Below, piece by piece: positions 19,238 through 27,775 of a stretch of 32,000 nucleotides of DNA. Below the pieces are notes generated by a model that was given only the letters and a program-made list of their open reading frames with translations, did no database searches and had not been told where the DNA came from. Numbering within the stretch: the first letter of the stretch is position 1; each line of letters starts with the position of its first letter. The DNA comes from an uncultured Solirubrobacterales bacterium (lineage in GTDB: Bacteria > Actinomycetota > Thermoleophilia > Solirubrobacterales > 70-9): positions 247,212-279,211 of the forward strand of contig CAWKFQ010000023.1 of the NCBI GenBank assembly GCA_963848955.1. The letters are read 5' to 3'. A program made the position numbers and the translations under genes.

Positions 19238-20155
19238 CTAGCGGACCTCCTCGGGCAGCGAGAAGCGGACGGTCTCGGCGGTGACCGCCCTGGTGTGGAT
19301 GTCGACCGGGCCGAGCCCGCCGAGCGTGGCCACGACCCGGTCGACGATCGCGGCCGGGGCCGACGCGCCGGCGGTGACGCCGACGGTGGCCGCACCGGCC
19401 AGCCAGGCGAGGTCGATCTCCCGCTCGTCGTCGATCAGGTGCGCCGGGCACCCGGCCCGCTCGGCGACCTCGACCAGCCGTTGGGAGTTGGACGAGTTCT
19501 GCGACCCCACGACCAGCAGCAGGTCGCAGTCGTCGGCGATCGCCCGCACTGCCTCCTGCCGGTTCTGGGTGGCGTAGCAGATGTCGTCGGCGGCGGGGCC
19601 GACCAGGCCCGGGAAGCGGTCGCGGAGCACGTCGACGACGTCCGCCACGTCGTCGAGCGCCAGGGTCGTCTGGGTCACGTAGGCGACCCGGCCGGGGTCG
19701 GCGACGGCGACCCGCGCCGCGTCGTCGGGCGTCGACACCAGGCGGATGTCGGCCGCCTCGCCGATCGTGCCCTCGACCTCCTCGTGGTCGGCGTGGCCGA
19801 TGAGCACGACGCTGTAGTCGCGGTCGGCGAAGCGCCGGACCTCGCGGTGCACCTTGGCGACCAGCGGGCAGGTGGCGTCGATGACCGCCTGCCGCCGCTG
19901 CGCCGCCGCCGCCTCGACCGCCGGCGACACGCCGTGGGCGGAGAACACCAGCCGGGCACCCTCGGGCGCCTCGTCGACCTCCTCGACGAACACCGCGCCC
20001 CGGGATTCGAGGTCGGCGACGACGTGGGGGTTGTGGACGATCTGCCGCCGGACGTAGACGGGCGGGCCGTAGCGGTCCAGGGCCCGCTCGACGACCTCGA
20101 TGGCCCGCTCGACGCCGGCGCAGAACGACCGGGGCTCGGGCAACAGGACCGTGCG
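19238..20155 (-). CDS. ispH: 4-hydroxy-3-methylbut-2-enyl diphosphate reductase (IspH/LytB) domain, with no start codon of its own at the conserved N-terminus
   Basis: RTVLLPEPRSFCAGVERAIEVVE...HNPHVV...FSAHGVSP...IDATCPLVAKVH...HADHEEVEGT...TQTTLA...ICYATQNRQ...VVGSQNSSNSQRLVEVA. This is 305 aa with no frame break, and it is continuous upstream with the HpnG-like module. Confidence 0.9.
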   Translation of the reverse strand, partial: RTVLLPEPRSFCAGVERAIEVVERALDRYGPPVYVRRQIVHNPHVVADLESRGAVFVEEVDEAPEGARLVFSAHGVSPAVEAAAAQRRQAVIDATCPLVAKVHREVRRFADRDYSVVLIGHADHEEVEGTIGEAADIRLVSTPDDAARVAVADPGRVAYVTQTTLALDDVADVVDVLRDRFPGLVGPAADDICYATQNRQEAVRAIADDCDLLLVVGSQNSSNSQRLVEVAERAGCPAHLIDDEREIDLAWLAGAATVGVTAGASAPAAIVDRVVATLGGLGPVDIHTRAVTAETVRFSLPEEVR

Positions 20156-20749
20156 GGGCCCCGCGGCTGCCGCCCACGCCGCCAGCACCCGGGCCGTGCG
20201 GCGCAGCGCCCGGTACGCGCCGAGGGTGTGGCGCTCGTCGGCTGTCACCCGGACCACGACGCGGGGCCGGTCGGGCGCCGCCTCGACCAGCCAGGCGCTC
20301 TCCCCGTCGTCCGCCGACGTCACCGGGCCCTCGTGGACCCGCAGGCCGGCCCGAGCCAGGGCGCTGGCGACGAGCGGGGCCGACGGGAACGGCACGCTTC
20401 CGAACGGGCCCAGCACCTCGGTGGCCACCACCACGTCGCCGGGTGCCAGGCCGGGCGGCGGCGGATCCAACCAGCCGGCGATGGCCGTGCCCGGAGCGCC
20501 CTGGCAGCGGGCGGCCAGGTTGATGGCCGAACGCCGGGACCGCTCGGGCCCCACACCGGTGACGATCGTCTCCAACCCCGGCGCACCGCCCGCCACCGCC
20601 CGCGCCTCGGCCCGGCGGGGCGTCAGGACGATCCCGCGGCCGCGCGCGGTCGATGAGCGGCACCTCATGACCGGCGCGGCCGAGCGACCGCCAGGAAGCC
20701 GGGCGGCGATGGGGTCGGGGGGCGCAGCCCCCCAGGGAACACCGCTCAC
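20156..20749 (-). CDS. Phosphorylase-superfamily (HpnG-like nucleosidase) module, in frame with IspH
   Basis: GIVLTPRRAEARAVAGG..ETIVTGVGPERS...LAPGDVVVATEVLGP...LRVHEGPVTSADD..ESAWL...VVVRVTADE resembles the hopanoid-associated phosphorylase pattern. Candidate starts are GTG 20749 (GTGA with a frame-shifted shc stop) or ATG 20668. The identification is weaker than for the other genes. Confidence 0.5.
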
Positions 20750-22653
20750 GACGCCGCCTCCTGCGCAGTAGCGGCCGAGCGCCGTCAGCGGGAACATGTG
20801 CCGGTAGAGGTGGTAGTTGATGTAGAAGTCGCCCGGGAAGCCGGTGCCGGTGAACAGGTCCTCGTCCCAGGCGCCGTCGGGCCGCTGGGTGTCGACCAGG
20901 AACCCGATGCCGCGGTGCACCGGGCCGCTGTCGTGGCGGCCGGCGGCCAGCAGGGCGAGCAGCGCCCAGGCGGTCTGCGACGCCGTCGACGTGCCCCGCC
21001 CGACCGCGTTCGGGTCGTCGTAGGAGCGCAGGTCCTCGCCCCAGCCGCCGTCGTCGTTCTGGTGGCGCTCGAGCCACGCGACCGCCCGGGCGATGCTCGG
21101 GTCCTCGGGACCGACCCCCGCGGCCACCAGCGCGGGCACCGCGGCGCCGGTGCCGTAGACGTGGTTGGCGCCCCAGCGCCCGAACCACGAGCCGTCCGGG
21201 CTCCTGCTCGGCCCGCAGCCAGGCGACCGCCTCGCGGAGCCGGCCGGCGTCCGCGTCCGGCTCGCCGGCGAGCATCTCGACCACGTGGGCGGTGACGTCG
21301 GCCGACGGCGGGTCGATGACCTCGCCGAAGTCGCAGAACGGCAGCGCCGCGCACAGCCGGCGGGTGTTGTCGGCGTCGAACGCCGCCCAGCCGCCGTCGC
21401 GGCACTGCATGCCCTCGACCCAGGCGATGGCCCGCCCGACGGCCGCCGGCGGCGGGTTGCGTCGAGGCCCGCGACGCGGCGCAGCGCCAGCACCACCTCG
21501 GCGGTGTCGTCGATGTCGGGGTAGTTGTCGTTGGCGAACTCGAACGCCCAGCCGCCCGGGGGCACGCCCGGGCGGCGCACCGCCCAGTCGCCGGCGCACG
21601 CGGATCTCCTGCCCGAGCAGCCACTCGCCCGCCGCGCACGAGGGCCGGATGGTCGGGCGCCACGCCGGCGTCGGCGAGCGCGACGATCGCGAGCGCGGTG
21701 TCCCACACCGGCGACTGGCACGCCTCGAGCCGGCGGCCGCGCCCGTCGTGGATGGTGAACCGGTCGAGGCCCTCGAGTCCGGCGCCATGACCGGGTGATC
21801 GAGCGGGTAGCCGAGCAGGTGCAGGGCGAGCAGCGAGTACACCCACGGCGGCTGGATGCCGCCCCACGAGCCGTCGGCCTCCTGGCGCGGATGATCCACT
21901 GCTCCGCCAGCCGGAGGGCCACGCGCCGCAGGAGCGCCTGGGCGGGCCCAGGCCGGCGCCGCTCGTAGCCCTGGAGCACCCGGTCGAGGAGCTCGAACCG
22001 CCGTTGCCGCCCCGAACTGGCGGCGGTGGGCGGGTCCTGGCGTCGCTGACCGCCGCAGTTCGTCGAGCGAGAACGGCAGCGGGCGGACCGGGCGGTGCGC
22101 CGCCACGACGGTGAGCGGGACGATCGTCTGGCGCGCCCAGCAGGCGAAGTCGTAGACGTTGAGCGGGACCCACGGCGGCAGGAGGATCACCTCGGGCGGC
22201 AGCGCCGGCAGGTCGTCCCACGACCACTGGCCGAAGAGCGCCAGCCAGATGCGGGTGAACACGCGGGTGCGCTCGAGGCCGCCGGCGTCGCGGACGAACC
22301 GTCGGGCCTGCGCCATGTGCGGGGCGTCGGCGGCGTCGCCGGCGAGGCGGAGCGCGACGTAGGCCTCGACCGTCGTCGACAGGTCGCCCGGGCCCCCGTG
22401 GAACGTCGCCCAGGTGCCGTCGGCGCGCTGCTGCGAGCGGATCCAGCTGCCGCCGCCGCCGCCTGCCGGGGTCGCGGATGCCGAGGAACTGGCGCAGCAG
22501 CAGGTCCTCGGCGTCCATCGTGACGTTGGTCTCGAGCTCGCCCTTCCACCAGCCCTCCGGGTCCTGGAGGTCCAGCAGGTGGTCACGAGCCCGCGCCATG
22601 GCCTCGGTGACGGAGGCCGCGAGCGGAGCGACCGGCGGCGCGTCGATCGCCAT
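20746..22653 (-). pseudogene. shc: Squalene-hopene cyclase (Shc/HpnF), about 8-10 frame breaks
   Basis: The ATG at 22653 shares its A with the upstream stop (TGATG). SHC segments occur in three frames: DPEGWWKGELETNVTMDAEDLLL / WIRSQQRADGTWATFHGGPGDLSTTVEAYVAL..FACWARQTIVPLTVV / RQEADGSWGGIQPPWVYS / ACQSPVWDTALAIVAL / GGWAFEFANDNYPDIDDTAEV (DxDD active-site motif) / MQCRDGGWAAFD / SPDGSWFGRWGANHVYGTG..GFPGDFYINYHLYRHMFPLTALGRY. Junctions are near 22465, 22050-22000, 21888, 21785, 21635, 21596, 21464 and 21209. Confidence 0.9.
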
Positions 22654-23649
22654 CAGAACTCCCGCTCGACGACGAAGCGGGCGAGGGCGGCCAGCTCGGC
22701 GCACGCGGCGGCCGCCAACCCGGCGCCCGTCCAACGACCGGCAGGCGGCGTCGAGGTGGTCGCGGGCAAGCGCCTCGGTGGCCTGCCGGGCCCCGCAGCC
22801 CTCGACCAACTCGGTCGCCCGGGCCACGGCGGCGCGCGTCGAGCGGCCCGTTCAGCAGCAGCCGCCGCAGCTCGTCGGCCCCGTGCCCGTCCGCCGGCGC
22901 CCAGGGCGAAGACCACCGGGAGCGACTTCTTGCGGGTGGACAGATCGTTGCCGCCGGGCTTGCCGGTTCGCTCGGGGTCGCCCCAGATGCCGAGGACGTC
23001 GTCGACGGCCTGGAACGCGAGGCCGAGGTGGGCGCCGAAGCTGCGCAGCGACTCGACCACCGCGGCGGGGCGCCCGCCAGCACCGACCCGATGGCGGCGG
23101 CGCAGGACAGGAGCGCACCGGTCTTGCCCGCGGCCATGCCGAGGCACTCGTCGCGGGTGACGTCGGCCCGGCTCTCGAACGCCATGTCGTGGGCCTGCCC
23201 GCCGATCATGGCCGCCACGGCGTCGGTCAGCACGGCGCGGCGGCCGGCCCCCGCGGGGCTCTGCTCGAGCAGCACCTGATGGCCGAGCGTGACGCAGGGC
23301 GTCGCCGACGAGGATGGCCGGTCCGACCCCGTACAGCGCCCACACCGTGGGCCGGTGGCGGCGTTCCCGGTCGCCGTCGATGATGTCGTCGTGGAGCAGC
23401 GAGAAGTTGTGGACCAGCTCGACGGCGACGGCGCCGGGCAGCCCCACGGCCGCGTCGCGCCGGCGGCCTCGGCCGCGAGCACCGCCAGCGCCGGGCGGAC
23501 CCCCTTGCCGCCGCCCCGGTCGCCGGGCGCACCGTCGGTCGTCGCACCAGCCGAGGTGGTAGGCGGCGAGCCGGCCAGGTCGGGTTGAGCCGCTCGACGG
23601 CGGCGAGCAGCGCCGGCTGAGCGTCGTCCGCGGGTACGGCGCGCAGCAT
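22653..23649 (-). pseudogene. Polyprenyl diphosphate synthase (HopD-type, supplies FPP), about 8 frame breaks
   Basis: AAYHLGW / GGKGVRPALAVLAAEAAGA / VELVHNFSLLHDDIIDGDRERRHRPTVW (first Asp-rich motif) / GQAHDMAFE..GKTGALL / LGLAFQAVDDVLGIWGDPERTGKPGGNDLSTRKKSLPV (second Asp-rich motif) / LVEGCGARQATEALARDHLDAA / LAALARFVVEREF*. Junctions are near 23575, 23537, 23447, 23295, 23062, 22895, 22835 and 22725. Confidence 0.85.
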
Positions 23650-23668
23650 CGGGGACGGAGCATCGCGG

Positions 23669-25058
23669 TCATGCGTGCCGACCTCCTCCTCGTGCGCCCG
23701 GCTGGGCCGGCAGGTAGCGGCGTGGTGCCCGGCGGCGAGGACGGCGGCGGGCGGCGGCGTCGCCGCTGCGCACCGCACCCTCCATCGTCGCCGGCCATCC
23801 GGTGTCGGTCCACGCCCCGGCCAGCAACAGCCCGGCGACGCGGGTCTGCGCCGGCGGCCGGGCGCCAGCCTGCCGGGCACTCCCCTGAACGTGGCCGCGG
23901 GCTCGCGCGAGACCAGGGCGTCGACGACCGGGCGCGCGTGCGCCGCGGGAACAGCTCGGCCAGGCTGGCGACGACCGCGGCCTTGACGTCGTCGGAGGGC
24001 CGGTCCATGTACGCGTCGGCGGCGGACAGCGACACCGCCAGGTACTGGCCCCGCCCGAGCCCGGCGCCGGCGGTGCGGTCGAACACGAACTGGACGTCGT
24101 GTCCGACGCCGGCGGCGAACTCGAGCTCGGTGACCCGCCGGTCGTAGACGACGTGCACGTTGACGATCGGCGAGACGCCGAGCCGCGCGGCCCACGTCGT
24201 CGAGGGCCGGCGAGGTCCGGCGCCACGTCGGCGACCGCGGTGTGGGGGACGGCGACCACCACGGCGTCGGCGGCGCGCTGCGTGTCGGCGACCGTGACTG
24301 TGAACCCGAGACCTGGCGCGGCTGGTCGGGTCGACCGTGGTGACCGGCACTCCCGTCAGGACCTCGACGCCGGCCCTCTCGAGCGCCCGGCCGCCAGCGG
24401 TCGCCGTGCAGCTCCCCCAGCGGGACCGATGCCCAGCCGATGTCGGCGGCGGCGGACTCGGTGAGCAGGCCGGTCTGGAACACCATCGCGGCCAGCGCCA
24501 GCGACGCCTCGGTCGCCGGCAGGTTCACGGTCGGGCGGCAGATCAGGTCCCACAGGACATCCCGTGCCGCCGGCGACTGGCCATGACGGGTGAGCCACTC
24601 GCTGAACGTCTGCTGGTCGGTCTCTGCGGCGTCGACGTCGACCCGGCGGAGCGCCAGCGCCGCCGGCCCGAGCCGCAGCCGGTCGCGGATGCCGAGGTGG
24701 CGATAGGTCAGCAGTGACCGGCCGAGGTGCGCGGGCGCCGGGCAGGAGGCGGCTGCGGCGCAGCCGCGACGTCCTGCCGCCGGGGGCGACCACGGGCACG
24801 TCGAGGCGCGACTGGAGGCGCACCCGGTCGGCGACCCCGAGGCGCTCGAGGAGCGCCCGGTAGGCGCGTGCAGCAGCGCAGGAACACGTGCTGGCCGTTG
24901 TCGAACCACAGGTCGTTGTGTCGGAACGACCAGGTTGCCCCGCCCAGCCGCCGTCGCCGCTCGACGAGCGTCACCTCGGCGCCGGCGTCGGCGCACGCCA
25001 GCGCCGCCGCCATGCCGGCGAGGCCCCCGCCGACGACGCAGATGCGGGGCCGGGTCAT
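23669..25058 (-). pseudogene. hpnE: Hydroxysqualene dehydroxylase HpnE (FAD amine-oxidase family), about 7 frame breaks
   Basis: MTRPRICVVGGGLAGMAAALACADAGAEVTLVERRRRLGG has the GxGxxG FAD fold. Further segments are FDNGQHVFL / LERLGVADRVRLQSRLDVPV / PAPAHLGRSLLTYRHLG...LAAMVFQTGLL / ..VVVAVPH.. / PIVNVHVVYDRRV...YLAVSLSAA / REPAATF / LLLAGAWTDTGWPATMEGAVRSG. Junctions are near 24870, 24745, 24395, 24312, 24197, 23945 and 23870. The ATG overlaps the hpnD stop (ATGA at 25055-25058). Confidence 0.85.
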
Positions 25059-25990
25059 GCTCGTGTCCCCTGCGGGAACGGCGACAGGCTGCGGGCGGCG
25101 ACGGTGAGCTTCTGGCCGGTGGTGAGGGAGACACGACCCCGCAACGCCGCCGCCGGGTCGCGCTCGATGTGGTCGAGCAGGCGGTGGTAGATGCCCGCCA
25201 TCGCGGCCACGCAGGCGCGGGAGCGGTGGTCCAGGTGCGGCAGGAGGCCCAGCCCTCGCTCGTACCACCCCCGCGCCCGTTCGGCCTCGAACGCGAGCAG
25301 CGCCGCCAGCCGATCGACCGGTCCCGACGCGTCCGGCGGGCAGCCGAAGCGGGCCAGGTCGTCGGCTGGCAGGTAGACCCGGCCGAGCTGGTCGCGGTCC
25401 TCGAGCACGTCGCGCAGGACGTTGGTGAGCTGGAGGGCCACGCCGAGGTCATCGGCCAGCGGTGCCGTCACGTCGGGGCGGTCGGTGCCGAAGATCGCGA
25501 GGGACAGCCGCCCGATCGACCCGGCCACCTGCCGGCAGTAGACGACCAGCTCGTCGAACGTGGCGATGCGCGCCGAAACGAGATCGCGGCGACAGCCCTC
25601 GAACAGGTCGGCGATGGCGTCCGGCGGCAGCCGGTAGCGCCGCATCACGTCGGCCAGCGCCACCAGCACCGCATCGTCCGGATCGGCGGCCACGTCCTCC
25701 GCCACCGTTCGGGCCACCCGGTCCTGCAGATCGTCGAGGGCGCGGGCCCGAGCGCCGGTGGCACCGGGCTCGTCCACGATGTCATCGACCCGGCGGGCCA
25801 GTGCGTAGACCACCGCCATGGCCCGACGCTTCGGCGGGGGGAGCAGGGCGATGCCGTAGGCGAAGTTCTTGGCCTCGCGGCGGGTGACGTCGGCGCACGC
25901 CGCGTAGGCCCCCTCGAGATCGGGTTTCTGGCGTCTCTCACGCCGAGATCTCGGCGCCGGAGACGCCAGAACCCGGAGCGCGTGGCGCAC
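25055..25990 (-). CDS. hpnD: Presqualene diphosphate synthase HpnD (SQS/PSY family); start uncertain
   Basis: YAACADVTRREAKNFAYGIALLPPPKRRAMAVVYALARRVDDIVD...YCRQVAGSIG...NVLRDVLEDRDQLGRVYLPADDL. The frame is intact. The nearest canonical start is GTG at 25990, which overlaps hpnC by 53 nt. Confidence 0.85.
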   Translation of the reverse strand: MRHALRVLASPAPRSRRERRQKPDLEGAYAACADVTRREAKNFAYGIALLPPPKRRAMAVVYALARRVDDIVDEPGATGARARALDDLQDRVARTVAEDVAADPDDAVLVALADVMRRYRLPPDAIADLFEGCRRDLVSARIATFDELVVYCRQVAGSIGRLSLAIFGTDRPDVTAPLADDLGVALQLTNVLRDVLEDRDQLGRVYLPADDLARFGCPPDASGPVDRLAALLAFEAERARGWYERGLGLLPHLDHRSRACVAAMAGIYHRLLDHIERDPAAALRGRVSLTTGQKLTVAARSLSPFPQGTRA

Positions 25991-26831
25991 CGTCTGCACC
26001 CGGGCGGGCCGCGCCGGTGTCGGCGAGCACGTCGTACCCGGCCGCCTCGATGGCGTCGGCCGCCGCCAGGCCTCCGGCGACATAGCCGGCCACCGCGACC
26101 CGGGGCCAGCCCCGCAGCGAGCGGACCAACGGGGCGCCCGCCGCCAGCAGGTCCCGGGCCCGGGCCAGCTCGAAGGCGACGGTGGCGCGCAGGGCGGGTG
26201 AGGCGGCCGGCGCGGTCAGGTCCGCCTCGCCCACGCCGAAGCGCTCGAGGTCGTCGGCGGGGAGGTAGACCCGGCCGGAGGTGGCGTCCTCCGCCACATC
26301 CTGAAGGTGCTCGACAACCTGCAGGCCGCTGCAGACCCGGTCGGACAGTGCCTGGCGCTCGGGCGTCAGGGCCCCGGCGATGGCCAGCACGGCCGTGCCG
26401 ATCGGGTTGGCCGACAGCCGGCAGTAGTCGAGCAGCTCGTCCCAGGTCGCCTGGCGGAGGACCGTCTGGTCCCGCCGGTTGGCGGCGATGAGGTCGAAGA
26501 ACGGGGCGGGCGTCAGGTCGGTGGCGGCGATCGTTCGGCCCAGCCGGGCGTTGACCGGATGGCTGGGCCGGCCCTCGAGAGCCGCCCGCAGGTCGGCCTC
26601 CAGCCAGTCCAGGGCCGCCGAGCGATCGCCCGGATGCTCGTCGCCGAGGTCGTCGGTCAGCCGCGAGAACGCGTAGACGGCAAGCAGATGGTCGCGGACG
26701 GCGCGGGGAACGAGCCGGGTGACGACGGGGAAGTTCTCGTGGTCAGCCTGGGCGAGGAGCCCGGCCTCCGGGGGCAGGGCAGGCCGGGGCGTGGCGCCCT
26801 CGGGTTGGATCGCCAACGCGATTTCGCCCAT
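25938..26831 (-). CDS. hpnC: Hydroxysqualene synthase HpnC (SQS/PSY family)
   Basis: Intact 297 aa: DHENFPVVTRLVPRAVRDHLLAVYAFSRLTDDLGDE...YCRLSANPIG...QVVEHLQDVAEDATSGRVYLPADDL. It is the first gene of the operon. Confidence 0.85.
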   Translation of the reverse strand: MGEIALAIQPEGATPRPALPPEAGLLAQADHENFPVVTRLVPRAVRDHLLAVYAFSRLTDDLGDEHPGDRSAALDWLEADLRAALEGRPSHPVNARLGRTIAATDLTPAPFFDLIAANRRDQTVLRQATWDELLDYCRLSANPIGTAVLAIAGALTPERQALSDRVCSGLQVVEHLQDVAEDATSGRVYLPADDLERFGVGEADLTAPAASPALRATVAFELARARDLLAAGAPLVRSLRGWPRVAVAGYVAGGLAAADAIEAAGYDVLADTGAARPGADGAPRAPGSGVSGAEISA

Positions 26832-26853
26832 GGCGCCGATAGTCCCCGCTTTC

Positions 26854-26890
26854 GTACAAGTATCTGACCCAGTGGTCAGAGATGTTGTAC
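26854..26890. promoter_or_regulatory. Imperfect 37-bp palindrome (candidate operator) in the AT-richer hpnC upstream region
   Basis: GTACAA-GTA-TCTGACC-CAGT-GGTCAGA-GATG-TTGTAC. The inner 7-bp arms (26863-26869 / 26874-26880) and the outer 6-bp arms are perfect. It lies 23-59 nt upstream of the hpnC ATG (26831), in the 102-nt gap after the regulator gene. Confidence 0.35.
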
Positions 26891-26933
26891 GTAAGTAAGC
26901 GCATGAGCACCCGAGTTCGCAACCCCTTCCGGA

Positions 26934-27716
26934 TCACCCGGCGCCCAGGACGGCGCGCATGGTCTCCCGCGCCAACTGCACGATGAGGGCGACGGCGCGC
27001 TCGCGCGGCGTCCCCGATCCCGTGAGGACCGGGCCCACACCGTCGACGAAGCAGGTGAGGGCGCCATCCGCCAGCTCCCGGTGCCCCGGTTGGCCGCGCA
27101 GGCTGCCGGCGGTGAGCTCCAGCAGCAGCATGAAGCCGGGCCGGGCCGACATCACCAGCGCCAGCATCGCCGCCGGCGGGTCCAGCTGCCCGCCTGCCCG
27201 GTCGGCTGCGGCCCGCACGTCTCCGACCACCCCGGCCACGACCGACTCGACGGCCGCGGCGAACAGCGCCTCCTTGGACTCGAAGTGCCGGTAGACGCTG
27301 CCCTTGGCCGTTCCCGCCTGGGCCGCCACATCGCTGACGGCGACCGCCCCGTATCCACGGGCCGCGAACAGGTCGACGGCGGCGGCCACGATCCGCTCCC
27401 GGGTCGCATCGGGCACGCCGGACCGCCCGGTCAGCGCCGCCTCCCAGGTCTCGGTGTGGAACGCCTCCTCGTCACCGCTGGCCAACAGCTCGGGCAGGAC
27501 GTCGCGGATGGTGGGCAGCGGCAATCGGCGTCGATCGCGCAAGACCCGGATGAGGCGGAGCGCCTGCACGTGGCGCTCGCTGTAGCGGAAGCGGTTGGCG
27601 GCCACCCGCTCGGGCGGGGGCAGCAGCCCGGCGTTGCGATAGTGGTGGATCGTGGTGGCCGGGATCCCGGTCTGCTCGACCAGCTCGGCAATCGTGTAGC
27701 GCGTGGTGCCGGTCAT
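26934..27716 (-). CDS. Double-HTH transcriptional regulator: N-terminal MerR-type HTH fused to a TetR-type HTH and ligand domain
   Basis: MerR part: YTIAELVEQTGIPATTIHHYRNAGLLPPPERVAANRFRYSERHVQALRLIRVLRD. TetR part: TRERIVAAAVDLFAARGYGAVAVSDVAAQAGTAKGSVYRHFESKEALF. Intact at 260 aa. Confidence 0.85.
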   Translation of the reverse strand: MTGTTRYTIAELVEQTGIPATTIHHYRNAGLLPPPERVAANRFRYSERHVQALRLIRVLRDRRRLPLPTIRDVLPELLASGDEEAFHTETWEAALTGRSGVPDATRERIVAAAVDLFAARGYGAVAVSDVAAQAGTAKGSVYRHFESKEALFAAAVESVVAGVVGDVRAAADRAGGQLDPPAAMLALVMSARPGFMLLLELTAGSLRGQPGHRELADGALTCFVDGVGPVLTGSGTPRERAVALIVQLARETMRAVLGAG

Positions 27717-27775
27717 GCGGGTACGTTCCGCAGGGCGGCGGTGAGACGCTGGGACGACCGAGGAGGCACCGCAGC

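Noticed and set aside
18180-22586. 1468-aa ORF, the longest in the track
   Set aside because: It is a chimera. It contains real segments of shc and hpnH joined by long Arg/Gly/Pro-rich out-of-frame read-through across ispH and the HpnG-like module. It stays open only because stop codons are rare in this GC-rich DNA.
16372-25058. Programmed ribosomal frameshifting or recoding as the explanation for the frame breaks
   Set aside because: More than 30 switches in both directions within five genes is far beyond any known programmed system. I saw no recurring slippery heptamer at the junctions I localised.
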